Below are positions 1 to 9,191 of a stretch of 64,000 nucleotides of DNA, in pieces (the first letter of the stretch is position 1; each line of letters begins with the position of its first letter). The stretch comes from an uncultured Bacteroidales bacterium (lineage in GTDB: Bacteria; Bacteroidota; Bacteroidia; Bacteroidales; UBA932). Position numbers and translations under genes: made by a program. The notes beneath the pieces were generated by a model. The model did not search any database and was not told the origin of the DNA. It was given only the letters and a program-made list of their open reading frames with translations. The DNA is taken from the NCBI GenBank assembly GCA_900320545.1, contig ONSU01000002.1, positions 42,143 through 106,142 of the forward strand, written 5' to 3'.

Positions 1-225
1 GTGACACTGATTCTCGGCGGCGAGCGGCATTTTTTCGAGGGAATTATGGAAGGACAGATCGCGACGGAGCGGCACGGTAACGGCGGCTTCGGGTACGACC
101 CGGTATTTCTCCCGGATGGCTGCGACGGCCTTTCCGCCGCCGAACTCACGCCCGAGGCCAAGAACGCCATTTCCCACCGGGGCAAGGCACTTCGCGCTCT
201 GGCCGCTTATCTTCTCGCCCTATGA
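1..225 (+). CDS. rdgB: Non-canonical purine NTP (dITP/XTP) pyrophosphatase, C-terminal fragment; gene starts upstream of the window
   Basis: ORF enters from the window edge. It carries HAM1/RdgB C-terminal motifs GFGYDPVF and ISHRGKA. Confidence 0.85.
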   Translation: MTLILGGERHFFEGIMEGQIATERHGNGGFGYDPVFLPDGCDGLSAAELTPEAKNAISHRGKALRALAAYLLAL

Positions 226-1160
226 CCGGCGAGGCGACGGTGGTAAAGAATGCCGGGAGTCACTTCGTACTCTCGGAACTCCCTGTGTGGCAGCTGTTTC
301 CGGCTGTCCTGCGGGGAAAAATCCGTCTCAGGGGAAGTGCCGTTACCAATCCCGTGGCGGTGGGAGACAGGGTCCGCTACGAGTTGGAGGGAGAACCCGG
401 TCCGGAGAATCCTGCGACCATTACCGAGATTATCCCCCGGAAGAATTACGTCATCCGCCGCTCCACCAACCTTTCCCGCCAGGCGCACGTCATCGCCGCC
501 AACCTCGATCGCGCGTATATCATTGTCTCGTTGTATTTTCCCGAGGTCAAACTCCCCTTCCTTGACCGGATTCTCGTAACCTGCGAGGTGTACGGCATTC
601 CCGCCACGATCGTACTGGCCAAAACGGACCTCTACCGGGCAGAAGCGCAGGAGCAGATCGACGCATTCCGCCGGATTTATGAGGGCACGGGCTACCCCGT
701 GATTGAGACTTCCGTCAAGACCGGTGAAGGCATCGCCGCCATCCGGGAGGCCTGTAAAGGGAATGTAAACCTCTTTTCGGGCGAGTCCGGCGTCGGCAAA
801 TCCAGTCTCATCAAAGCGCTCGACCCTTCGCTCAACCCTAAGATCGGGCAGATTTCCGTTGCACATTTGCAGGGCAAGCACACGACATCTCTGTATGAAA
901 TGTATCCTCTCTCCAGCGGAGGCTATGTCATCGACAGTCCCGGCCTCCGCGGATTCGGCCTCATCGACCTGGAGAAAGAAGAAATTGGCAAATACTTCCC
1001 CGAAATGCTCGCCGTGGCCGACCACTGCCGTTTCGTCCCCTGCACCCACACTCACGAGCCCGGCTGCGCGGTCAAAGCCGCCCTCGAGGCCGGCACCATC
1101 TCCCCCGAGCGTTACACCTCCTATCTCGGCATGCTCGAGGAGGACCAGAAATTCCGGTAG
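222..1160 (+). CDS. rsgA: Ribosome small-subunit-dependent GTPase A
   Basis: Circularly permuted GTPase with AKTD before the P-loop [11 protein letters not shown]-terminal Zn motif is [18 protein letters not shown] overlap with rdgB. Confidence 0.9.
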   Translation: MTGEATVVKNAGSHFVLSELPVWQLFPAVLRGKIRLRGSAVTNPVAVGDRVRYELEGEPGPENPATITEIIPRKNYVIRRSTNLSRQAHVIAANLDRAYIIVSLYFPEVKLPFLDRILVTCEVYGIPATIVLAKTDLYRAEAQEQIDAFRRIYEGTGYPVIETSVKTGEGIAAIREACKGNVNLFSGESGVGKSSLIKALDPSLNPKIGQISVAHLQGKHTTSLYEMYPLSSGGYVIDSPGLRGFGLIDLEKEEIGKYFPEMLAVADHCRFVPCTHTHEPGCAVKAALEAGTISPERYTSYLGMLEEDQKFR

Positions 1161-1250
1161 GGAGAAAAATGCAACGGAATCGATAGATTATTTAACTTAA
1201 ATAATTTATCTTGCATAATTCAAATAATATAATTACTTTTGCACAAAACA

Positions 1251-2459
1251 ATGTTGCAAAAGATGACCCGTATCGCTAAACCTCTTAATCCATTTTTCCT
1301 TTCCTCGGATATTCCGGATGCGTATTTCTGCGACCGGGAGAAAGAAACCCGAACCCTTCTCAGACATATTGAAGGAAGAAGTAATGTATTGTTGATGTCT
1401 CCCCGCCGGATGGGGAAATCCGGACTTATCCACCATATCTTCCGGAAGCAGGAAATCCGGAAAAACTACTATACGTTTTACATCGATCTGTATGAAACCG
1501 CTTCAATGGAGGAATTCATCCAAAAACTGGGGCGGGAGATTGTCGGCAAGCTTTCCGGACGGGGCTTTGATGTGCTGAAACGGTTTTTGGGCGCCCTTCC
1601 TTCCCTGCGCGGAGTCTTCTCCCTGGACCCGACCACCGGGATGCCGGCTTTCTCGGTCGGCATTGGCGATATCCCCCGGCCGGAGAGTACGCTGGATGAA
1701 ATATTCTCTTATCTGGAAAAAGCAGATAAGCCTTGTATCGTAGCCATCGATGAATTCCAGAGAATAGCAAATTACGAACAGAAAAATGTAGAGGCCATTC
1801 TGCGAAGCCGCATTCAATTCATGCATAATACCACTTTTATTTTTGCCGGGAGTGAACGGTCCGTCCTTGCCCAGATGTTCGGATCTGCAGCCAGGCCCTT
1901 TTATCAAAGCACGGCAACAATGTCGCTTGAAGCAATCGACAAAGAGAAATACACAAACTTCGTATCCTCCCTGTTCCGGCAATACGGAAAGAAAATAGAA
2001 GCGACCGCTGTCTTCGACCTGTACGATCTGCTGCAAGGATACACTTATTATCTGCAGCGGGTATTAAACCAGGCCTTTCCGATTCTTCCCGAAAACAGGA
2101 TTTGCGACAGTGCGTTTTTGCTGGAGTGCACCGAGAATATTCTTACGGACAACACGGACACGTTCCAGGAGATTCTCTCCGGCTTGACGGTTAATCAGCG
2201 GTCGCTTCTGGAAGCCGTCTCACTGGAAGGAACCGCCGTCAATATCACCTCCGCAGATTTTATCAAAAAACACGGAATGGTTTCGGTCAGTTCCGTTCAG
2301 TCTGCAGCACGCGCACTGCTGAAACGCCAACTCCTTACCCGCTCTCCAAAGAAAACCTACTATCTGGATGACAAATTCCTGGAATTGTGGCTGATCCGTC
2401 AGCACGGCCTTACTCCTGCCATCCGGTTGGAGCAAAACCGTTCTTCAGTATCCCTGTAA
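1251..2459 (+). CDS. AAA+/ORC-like ATPase (Arch_ATPase-type) with a probable C-terminal winged-helix region
   Basis: Walker A SPRRMGKSG and Walker B-like IVAIDEFQ. The track start at 1239 is a TTG; the ATG at 1251 lies 9 nt after a TACTTTTG -7 box (1234-1241). GC is lower than in the flanks. Confidence 0.7.
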   Translation: MLQKMTRIAKPLNPFFLSSDIPDAYFCDREKETRTLLRHIEGRSNVLLMSPRRMGKSGLIHHIFRKQEIRKNYYTFYIDLYETASMEEFIQKLGREIVGKLSGRGFDVLKRFLGALPSLRGVFSLDPTTGMPAFSVGIGDIPRPESTLDEIFSYLEKADKPCIVAIDEFQRIANYEQKNVEAILRSRIQFMHNTTFIFAGSERSVLAQMFGSAARPFYQSTATMSLEAIDKEKYTNFVSSLFRQYGKKIEATAVFDLYDLLQGYTYYLQRVLNQAFPILPENRICDSAFLLECTENILTDNTDTFQEILSGLTVNQRSLLEAVSLEGTAVNITSADFIKKHGMVSVSSVQSAARALLKRQLLTRSPKKTYYLDDKFLELWLIRQHGLTPAIRLEQNRSSVSL

Positions 2460-2512
2460 TCACGTATAGGAAAAAAATTGGACGGTTGAACGAAAAAAGC
2501 CATCTTTGCAGT

Positions 2513-3487
2513 ATGATTACACAAGCGACTATCAACGCGGCCGTAAAGCGGCTGTTTGAGGAAATCGAGTTTACCCGGGAGCCGGAGGGACTGTACGATC
2601 CGCTCCGCTATATGATCGCCATAGGCGGGAAGCGGATCCGCCCGACGCTCTGCCTGACGGCCTACGGGCTGTTCCGTGACGACCTTACGGAAGGGATTCT
2701 GGAGCCCGCGGCCGGGCTGGAGGTCTTCCATACCTTTACCCTGATCCACGACGACATGATGGACAAGTCGCCGCTGCGCAGGGGACAGGAAACCGTCTGG
2801 GTAAAATGGAATCCTGACACGGCCATCCTTTCGGGCGACGTGATGTGCATCGACAGCTACAAGCGAATGGCCGCGGCTCCCCCGCAGGTCCTTCCGCAGG
2901 TCCTGGCCCTCTTCTCGAAAACAGCCGCGGAGGTATGTGACGGGCAGCAGTATGATATGGAATTCGAGCAGATGAGCGCCGTTCCGATGGCGGATTACAT
3001 GAAGATGATCGGGCTCAAGACCGCCGTCCTGATTGCCTGCAGCGCCAAGATGGGCGCACTCATCGCCGAGGCCCCGGAAACGCTGTGCAATGCCATCTAT
3101 GACTACGGTTACAAGCTCGGACTCGCCTTCCAGGTGGCGGACGACTATCTGGACGCCTACGGCGATGCCAAGGTATTCGGCAAACCCATCGGCGGCGATA
3201 TCCTCAACGGCAAGAAGAGCTGGCTTACCGTCCGCCTGACGGAGAAACTTCCCGACCGGAAAGCCCTGGATGACGCATTCGCCCTTCCGGACGGGACGGC
3301 GGAGGAGAAGGCTGCAAAAATCGCAGCCGTCAAGGCCCTCTACGACCGGTACGGCATTCCCTCCGAGGCCCAGGCCGAAATCCGGCGCCTCAGCGACGAA
3401 GCGATGGAGGCCGTGGCCGGACTCGGAGCGGAGCAGCGGCAGCGGCTCGATGAATTTGCCGAAAAACTGATCGGACGCGCGAAATGA
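2513..3487 (+). CDS. Polyprenyl diphosphate synthase (trans-isoprenyl diphosphate synthase family)
   Basis: FARM LIHDDMMD and SARM VADDYLD motifs. The start was moved to the internal ATG at 2513 (MITQATINAAV), preceded by a CATCTTTG box. The upstream part of the track ORF overlaps the previous gene. Confidence 0.85.
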   Translation: MITQATINAAVKRLFEEIEFTREPEGLYDPLRYMIAIGGKRIRPTLCLTAYGLFRDDLTEGILEPAAGLEVFHTFTLIHDDMMDKSPLRRGQETVWVKWNPDTAILSGDVMCIDSYKRMAAAPPQVLPQVLALFSKTAAEVCDGQQYDMEFEQMSAVPMADYMKMIGLKTAVLIACSAKMGALIAEAPETLCNAIYDYGYKLGLAFQVADDYLDAYGDAKVFGKPIGGDILNGKKSWLTVRLTEKLPDRKALDDAFALPDGTAEEKAAKIAAVKALYDRYGIPSEAQAEIRRLSDEAMEAVAGLGAEQRQRLDEFAEKLIGRAK

Positions 3488-4797
3488 GACCGGATTCCCT
3501 GGAAATCATGGCTCCGGCGGGCAATTTCGAATGCCTCGCCGCCGCCATCGAGGGCGGTGCCAATTCCGTTTATTTCGGCATAGGGCACCTCAATATGCGG
3601 TCGCATTCGGCCAACAATTTCGCCCCGGAAGACCTGCCGGAGATCACCCGCATCTGCCGGGAATACGGCGTCAGGTCCTATATGACGCTCAATATCACGC
3701 TATACGATGGCGAACTCTGCGAAGCATACGCCGTGCTGGACGCCGCCAAAGCGACCGGCGTGGACGCCGTCATCGCGTCCGACATGGCCGCCATCCTGTA
3801 TTGCCGTCAGATCGGCCTCGAAGTCCATATTTCCACGCAGCTGAGCATCTCCAACCTCGAGGCGCTGCGTTTCTACGCGCAGTTCGCCGACGTGGTCGTC
3901 CTCGCGCGGGAACTCCATCTCGACCAGGTCAAGGCCATCTCGGAGGCCATTGCGCGCGAGGAAATCACCGGCCCGTCCGGCAACCCCGTCCGCATCGAGA
4001 TGTTCGCCCACGGGGCGATGTGTATGGCGATTTCAGGAAAATGCTACCTGAGTCTGGACGCCTACGGCAAGTCGGCCAACCGCGGCGGCTGCTACCAGAT
4101 CTGCCGCCGGGGCTATGAAGTGAAAGATGTCGAGACCGGTCATACCCTGCTGGTCGACAACAAATACATCATGTCGCCGAAAGACCTCTGCACCATCGAA
4201 TTCCTCGACAGGATCGTCGAAAGCGGCGTCAGAGTATTCAAAATCGAGGGCCGTGCCCGCAGCGCGGAATATGTCCGCCGCTGCGCCTCCTGCTACCGGA
4301 AGGCCGCGGACGCCATCTGCGAAGGGACTTATACCCCCGAACTCGCCGCCGGGCTCAAAGAGCAACTGGCGGAAGTCTTCAACCGCGGGTTCTGGGACGG
4401 CTATTATCAGGGACAGCGGCTCGGCGAATGGTCGGACGTCTACGGCAGCCAGGCCACCCGCCGGAAAGTCTACGTGGGCAAGGTGACCAACTGGTTCAAC
4501 CGCATCGGCGTCGCGGAGGTGCTGGTCGAATCCGGCGCGATCCGCGTCGGCGACGAGGCGCTCATCATCGGTCCCACGACGGGTGTCCTGGAATTCAGGG
4601 TAGAAGATCTCCGCGTGGAGATGAAGGCCGCCGATGCGGCGGAGAAAGGCGTCTACTGCTCCGTCGCCGTCCCGGTCGACGGGATGCCGGAGGACCGGAT
4701 TACAGACCACCCCGCCAAGGAGGCCGCGGAGCGGATCCATCCCCGGCGGGGCGACCGGATGTATCTGTGGGTGGATTCAGGAACTAGTCCGGAATGA
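3484..4797 (+). CDS. Peptidase U32 family protein
   Basis: N-terminal MAPAGNFECLAAAIEGGANSVYFG and the U32 signature EMFAHGAMCMAISGKC. ATGA overlap with the upstream gene. Confidence 0.85.
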   Translation: MRPDSLEIMAPAGNFECLAAAIEGGANSVYFGIGHLNMRSHSANNFAPEDLPEITRICREYGVRSYMTLNITLYDGELCEAYAVLDAAKATGVDAVIASDMAAILYCRQIGLEVHISTQLSISNLEALRFYAQFADVVVLARELHLDQVKAISEAIAREEITGPSGNPVRIEMFAHGAMCMAISGKCYLSLDAYGKSANRGGCYQICRRGYEVKDVETGHTLLVDNKYIMSPKDLCTIEFLDRIVESGVRVFKIEGRARSAEYVRRCASCYRKAADAICEGTYTPELAAGLKEQLAEVFNRGFWDGYYQGQRLGEWSDVYGSQATRRKVYVGKVTNWFNRIGVAEVLVESGAIRVGDEALIIGPTTGVLEFRVEDLRVEMKAADAAEKGVYCSVAVPVDGMPEDRITDHPAKEAAERIHPRRGDRMYLWVDSGTSPE

Positions 4798-6427
4798 CGA
4801 TGGCCGGCTTCGTCAGCGCTTCCTTCAGCTGCGTATCGTAGCGGAGGCGGAGTTTGACGCCGGCTTCCTGGAAGTAATACCGCACCACGATCTCCTCCTC
4901 GATGAACGGAATGATTTCATCCTTCTTCATCCGGAGGAACTGCTCCTTATCAATCTCCAGCGCCTTGGCCAGGGCGTCCAGTTCCGGCTTCATATTCTCC
5001 GAGAGGCCGTCCTTCTCGAGGGTCTTCCGCATCTCGTCGAACATCGCCTTCGCGCTGGAGCGGTAGTCGAACTCCTTCCCCTTGGCAAAAGCGACGAACC
5101 GGTCGAATTCCGCATCCCCCAGGTGGAACTCCTCCACCGGAGCGATCTTCTCGTGACGGCGGACATAATCCAGCGTAAACTGCTCCACGATGCCGTTGAG
5201 CACCAGAGAATACGTGAGACGGCTGTATTCTTTCGCCTTCACTTCGTGATCGGGCGTGATGCCGCCGCCGTCCTTCACCGTGCGGCCGTGGAGCGTCTTG
5301 AACTCGTGCGTCAGCGAATCGGGGATGTGTCCCACGCTGCCGTCTTCCTTGCGATGGGTGTAATCGATGGCCTGCACGCAGCGGCCGGAAGGCGTGTAAT
5401 ATTTCGCCGTCGTGACCTTGAGCTGGCTGTCGTACGGAAGCGGCCGGATCGACTGCACGAGCCCCTTCCCGTAGGTGCGGGTGCCGATGATGGTGGCACG
5501 GTCCATATCCTGCAGCGCGCCGGCGACGATCTCGGAGGCCGACGCCGAGCCGGAATCCACCAGCACCACGACCGGCATCTCCGTATCCACCGGATCCGAT
5601 CCCGTCTTGAAGACCTGCCCGCTCCCCTCGATGCGGCCCCGCGAAGTCACGACGACGGAACCCCTGGGCACAAACAGCGACACGATGCCGACCGCTTCGT
5701 TGAGCAGGCCGCCGCCGTTGCCGCGAAGATCCAGCACGAAACGCTTCATCCCCTGCTTCTTCAGGAGGAGGAAAGCGTCCTTGACGGAGTTGCTCACCCC
5801 TTCGGTGAATTTGGACTGGAGCACATAGCCCGTCGTCCCGTCCAGCATCCCGGCATATTCCACGTCGGGAAGATGGATCCGCTCGCGCGTAATGACCACC
5901 TCGACGTTGTCTCCCGCCGCCCAGGTCGCCCCGGCGAAGCATTTCTTCACTAGGAATTTCACCTTCGTCCCGGGCTTGCCCTTCATTTTATCGCTGGCCT
6001 CGGAGGCCGTAAGTCCGTGCGTGGATACGCCGTCGATTTCCAGGATCTCATCGCAGCAGCGGAGTCCCGCCCGGGCCGCCGGGGATCCGGCATACGGCTC
6101 GTTGATGAGAACGTTGCCGTTTTTGTCGGGTTTATAAATGATAGCGCCGATGCCGCCGTACGTGCCGGCAATCATCATCTGGAAATCCTCCTTTTCTTCC
6201 TCGGGCACGAAGATGGTATAGGGATCCAGCTCTTCCAGCATCGCGTCGATCGCCGCCTTCTCGATCCGGGCGACCGGAAGGGAATCGACATAGGAACGGT
6301 TAAGTTCCCGGGTGATGGCGTTGCGGATCTCGGTCCACTGACCGATGGTAAACCCTTTCGACTGAGCGGAAAGAGGCAGGGAGACGGCGAGCGACAGGGC
6401 CGCCAGGAGTATCATTTTCTTTTTCAT
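4784..6427 (-). CDS. S41 family carboxy-terminal processing peptidase
   Basis: PDZ region plus VVLVDSGSASASEIVAGALQD (catalytic Ser region). Start set at MKKKMILLAALSLAV (signal peptide) rather than the track start at 6466. Confidence 0.85.
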   Translation of the reverse strand: MKKKMILLAALSLAVSLPLSAQSKGFTIGQWTEIRNAITRELNRSYVDSLPVARIEKAAIDAMLEELDPYTIFVPEEEKEDFQMMIAGTYGGIGAIIYKPDKNGNVLINEPYAGSPAARAGLRCCDEILEIDGVSTHGLTASEASDKMKGKPGTKVKFLVKKCFAGATWAAGDNVEVVITRERIHLPDVEYAGMLDGTTGYVLQSKFTEGVSNSVKDAFLLLKKQGMKRFVLDLRGNGGGLLNEAVGIVSLFVPRGSVVVTSRGRIEGSGQVFKTGSDPVDTEMPVVVLVDSGSASASEIVAGALQDMDRATIIGTRTYGKGLVQSIRPLPYDSQLKVTTAKYYTPSGRCVQAIDYTHRKEDGSVGHIPDSLTHEFKTLHGRTVKDGGGITPDHEVKAKEYSRLTYSLVLNGIVEQFTLDYVRRHEKIAPVEEFHLGDAEFDRFVAFAKGKEFDYRSSAKAMFDEMRKTLEKDGLSENMKPELDALAKALEIDKEQFLRMKKDEIIPFIEEEIVVRYYFQEAGVKLRLRYDTQLKEALTKPAIVIPD

Positions 6428-6601
6428 ACGGCGCTTTGGTGCGGCAACTCTTGTGCCAAGAGACAAATGTAGCGATTTTTTTTCATTCCGGGCCCGTTCC
6501 GGAAATCATATCAAACCATTATAAAAATCTTTAAAATTATTATTAAAAAATTTTATTTGCTTAAAATCTGAAAATAATTTGGGTATTATAATTATAATTC
6601 T

Positions 6602-6609
6602 TACCTTTG
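6602..6609 (+). promoter_or_regulatory. Candidate Bacteroidota -7 promoter box TACCTTTG, with TTTG at 6578-6581 as a -33 element
   Basis: Matches the TAnnTTTG consensus. A 20-bp spacer separates it from an upstream TTTG. It lies in an AT-rich intergenic region. Confidence 0.45.
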
Positions 6610-6654
6610 CCATGGACACGGAAACGTGTCTATTGTTAAGTTCGTTTTATATAC

Positions 6655-6691
6655 GACCGGTTCTCTTGGGGAGGAGAGCCGGTCACTTTTT
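6655..6691 (+). terminator. Intrinsic-terminator-like hairpin inside the aspS upstream region
   Basis: 11-bp stem GACCGGTTCTC/GAGAGCCGGTC (one G-U pair), 8-nt loop, then ACTTTTT. It lies 87 nt upstream of the aspS ATG. Confidence 0.5.
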
Positions 6692-6777
6692 ATCCTCCCG
6701 GCGGCCATATTTGGAACAAACCGAGTTTTTTGTTAAATTCGCAATTCGTTAATGAGGAAATAACAAAAACAGATATT

Positions 6778-8160
6778 ATGGCAAGTAAAATCGAATTGAA
6801 AAGTTTAGTCAAGCCCCGGAGTCTGAAGACATTCACCCCGGGCGAGACGGTGCAGTTGCAGGGAATGGTTTTCAACACCCGGGTCACGAAATGGGGCGGA
6901 TTCATCCTGCTCCGCAAGCCGGAGGGTGTGGTCCAGATCGTCATCCAGAACGACAAGACGGTCATCACGGACGAAAAGGGTGAGGCAATCACGCTGAACG
7001 CGCTCTCCAGAGAGTCCGCCATTGCCGTCGACGGCGTCGTGAACGCCTCCAACATCAAGGATCCGGCCTCGGCCAACAACCAGATCGAGATCGCGGCGGA
7101 CGCCATCCGCGTGATCTCCGCGCCCAGCACGACCGACCTGATCGACCAGAACTCCATCCAGTTCGACCCCGACACTTCGCTTGCCTTCAAACTGGACCAT
7201 CGCCAGGTAACCCTGCGCAATCCCCGCGACATGGCCATTTTCCGGGTCAACGCGGTCATTGTCAAGGCCTTCGCGGAATTCCTGACGGCGAACGGTTTCA
7301 CCCAGATCTTCTCCCCCAAGATTGTCGCGGAAGGAGCCGAAGGCGGCGCCAACGTCTTCTCGATGGATTATTTCGGCAAAAATGTCTATCTGGCCCAGTC
7401 CCCGCAGTTCTACAAACAGATCGGCGTCGGCGTCTTCGAACGCGTCTTTGAAATCGCCCCCGCCTACCGCGCGGAAAGGCACAACACTTCCCGCCACCTG
7501 AACGAATACATCTCGCTGGATGTGGAAATGGGCTTCATCAAAGGACAGGAGGACGTGATGCTCCTCGAATCCTGCCTGCTGGAGCACATCATCCGGACGG
7601 TCGAATCCGAATGCGCCCACGAACTCGCCTTCCTGAAGGCCGAACTGCCTAAGATGCCGCATACCATCCCCGTATTCCGGCTCTCCGAAACCCACGAAAT
7701 CCTGATGCAGCACTACGCCGACAAGATGTCCATGGACCACCGCGGCGAGCCCGACCTGGCTCCCGAGGAAGAAGTGCTCATCTGTGATTACGCCCTGAAA
7801 GAGTTCGATTCCGACTTCGTCTTCATCACCCATTTCCCGAGTTCCCACAGGGCTTTCTACGCGATGGACGACCCGGACGACCCCACCCTGACCATCTCCT
7901 ACGACCTGCTGATGCGCGGCCGCGAGATCACCTCCGGCGGGCAGCGCATCCACAAAGAAGAGCAGTACATCGAAAAGATGCTCAAGCGCGGAATGCACCC
8001 CGAAAACTTCAAATTCTACCTCGAGACCTTCCGTAACGGCATGCCGCCCCACGGCGGTTTCGCCATCGGCCTCGAGCGCATCCTCTCCGGCTTCCTCGGC
8101 ATCCCCAACATCAAGGAAGTCAGTCTCTTCCCGAGAGATATCAACAGGGTGGCGCCGTAA
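6778..8160 (+). CDS. aspS: Aspartate--tRNA ligase, archaeal/eukaryotic type (class IIb, about 460 aa); possibly non-discriminating
   Basis: Class II motif 2 YRAERHNTSRHLNEYISLDVEM and motif 3 GGFAIGLERIL. The short length fits the type-2 enzyme. Start set at the ATG at 6778 (MASKIELK). Confidence 0.75.
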   Translation: MASKIELKSLVKPRSLKTFTPGETVQLQGMVFNTRVTKWGGFILLRKPEGVVQIVIQNDKTVITDEKGEAITLNALSRESAIAVDGVVNASNIKDPASANNQIEIAADAIRVISAPSTTDLIDQNSIQFDPDTSLAFKLDHRQVTLRNPRDMAIFRVNAVIVKAFAEFLTANGFTQIFSPKIVAEGAEGGANVFSMDYFGKNVYLAQSPQFYKQIGVGVFERVFEIAPAYRAERHNTSRHLNEYISLDVEMGFIKGQEDVMLLESCLLEHIIRTVESECAHELAFLKAELPKMPHTIPVFRLSETHEILMQHYADKMSMDHRGEPDLAPEEEVLICDYALKEFDSDFVFITHFPSSHRAFYAMDDPDDPTLTISYDLLMRGREITSGGQRIHKEEQYIEKMLKRGMHPENFKFYLETFRNGMPPHGGFAIGLERILSGFLGIPNIKEVSLFPRDINRVAP

Positions 8161-8171
8161 GGACGGACAAA

Positions 8172-8205
8172 AAGAAAGGGCTTGCGAATCCGCAAGCCCT
8201 TTCTT
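8172..8205. terminator. Bidirectional hairpin between convergent aspS and the ROK kinase gene
   Basis: AAGAAAGGGCTTGCG-AATC-CGCAAGCCCTTTCTT, a perfect 15-bp stem. Confidence 0.7.
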
Positions 8206-8221
8206 GTAACAGGCAATCCCC

Positions 8222-9187
8222 CTACAGCTCCCAGGCGAGGGCCGAGGCGCCGAGGATGGCGGCGTCGTTCAGCGGGAGGGAGGAGAAGACGATATTGACT
8301 TTGTCTTTCCAGATCTTGAGGACGCTCTCGTTCATCGCCTTGAGCATCGGCTCATAGAGGAACTCCTTGGCGCGGGCGAGGCCGCCGAAGAGGACGATGG
8401 CCTCGGGGGCGCTGAACGCGATGAAATCCGCGAAGGCGCGGCCCAGGAGGGTTCCCGTGTATTCGAAGAGCTTGAGCGCGATCTTGTCTCCCTTCACCGC
8501 GGCGTCATAGATGTCCTTGGAGGACAGTTTATCCTGGTCACAGAGGCGGAGGAGCGAAGGCTCGTCGGTGGCGCTGAGCCACTCGCGGGCGGTGCGGGCG
8601 ATGCCAATGGCCGAGCAATAGGCCTCCAGACAGCCCTTCCTGCCGCAGCCGCACTGGCGGCCGTCGCGGAGAATGGTGACGTGACCGAGTTCGCCGGCGA
8701 AACCGTCGTGCCCGTAGAGCACCTTTCCGTCGATGACGATGCCGCTACCGACACCGGTTCCGAGGGTGATCATAATGAAATTCTTCATACCGCGGGCGGC
8801 TCCGTATGCCATCTCGCCCACTGCGGCGGCGTTGGCGTCATTGGTCAACGAAACGGGAAGGCCGACGGCCTCCTGAAGCATCTTGGAGAAAGGAACGGCC
8901 GCATTCGCCGCCCAGGCCAGATTCGGTGCAAAGGCCACCTCTCCGGTGTAATAATTGCCGTTAGGCGCACCCACGCCGATGCCGCGGATATCTTCCTCCG
9001 CCAGACCGGACTGGGAAATATTCATCTTAATGGCCTCAGCAAGCGCCTGGATATATGCCGCCGCGTCGGATCCGAAGACATCCGAACGGATGACAGTCTG
9101 CGAAAGCACGTCTCCGCGTGCATTCACCACGCCGATCTTGGTGGTCTGACCACCCACGTCGACTCCGACTACAAATTCTTTTGCCAT
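8222..9187 (-). CDS. ROK family sugar kinase (glucokinase-like)
   Basis: N-terminal VGVDVGGQTTK ATP-binding motif and the ROK Zn motif GCGRKGCLEAYCS. Confidence 0.8.
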   Translation of the reverse strand: MAKEFVVGVDVGGQTTKIGVVNARGDVLSQTVIRSDVFGSDAAAYIQALAEAIKMNISQSGLAEEDIRGIGVGAPNGNYYTGEVAFAPNLAWAANAAVPFSKMLQEAVGLPVSLTNDANAAAVGEMAYGAARGMKNFIMITLGTGVGSGIVIDGKVLYGHDGFAGELGHVTILRDGRQCGCGRKGCLEAYCSAIGIARTAREWLSATDEPSLLRLCDQDKLSSKDIYDAAVKGDKIALKLFEYTGTLLGRAFADFIAFSAPEAIVLFGGLARAKEFLYEPMLKAMNESVLKIWKDKVNIVFSSLPLNDAAILGASALAWEL

Positions 9188-9191
9188 AGCA

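Noticed and set aside
6611-6745. 44-codon ORF (MDTETCLLLSSFYIRPVLLG...) in the aspS leader as an attenuation leader peptide
   Set aside because: It has no enrichment of Asp/Asn codons and would read straight through the terminator hairpin. RNA-structure explanations seem more likely, and I cannot support translation.
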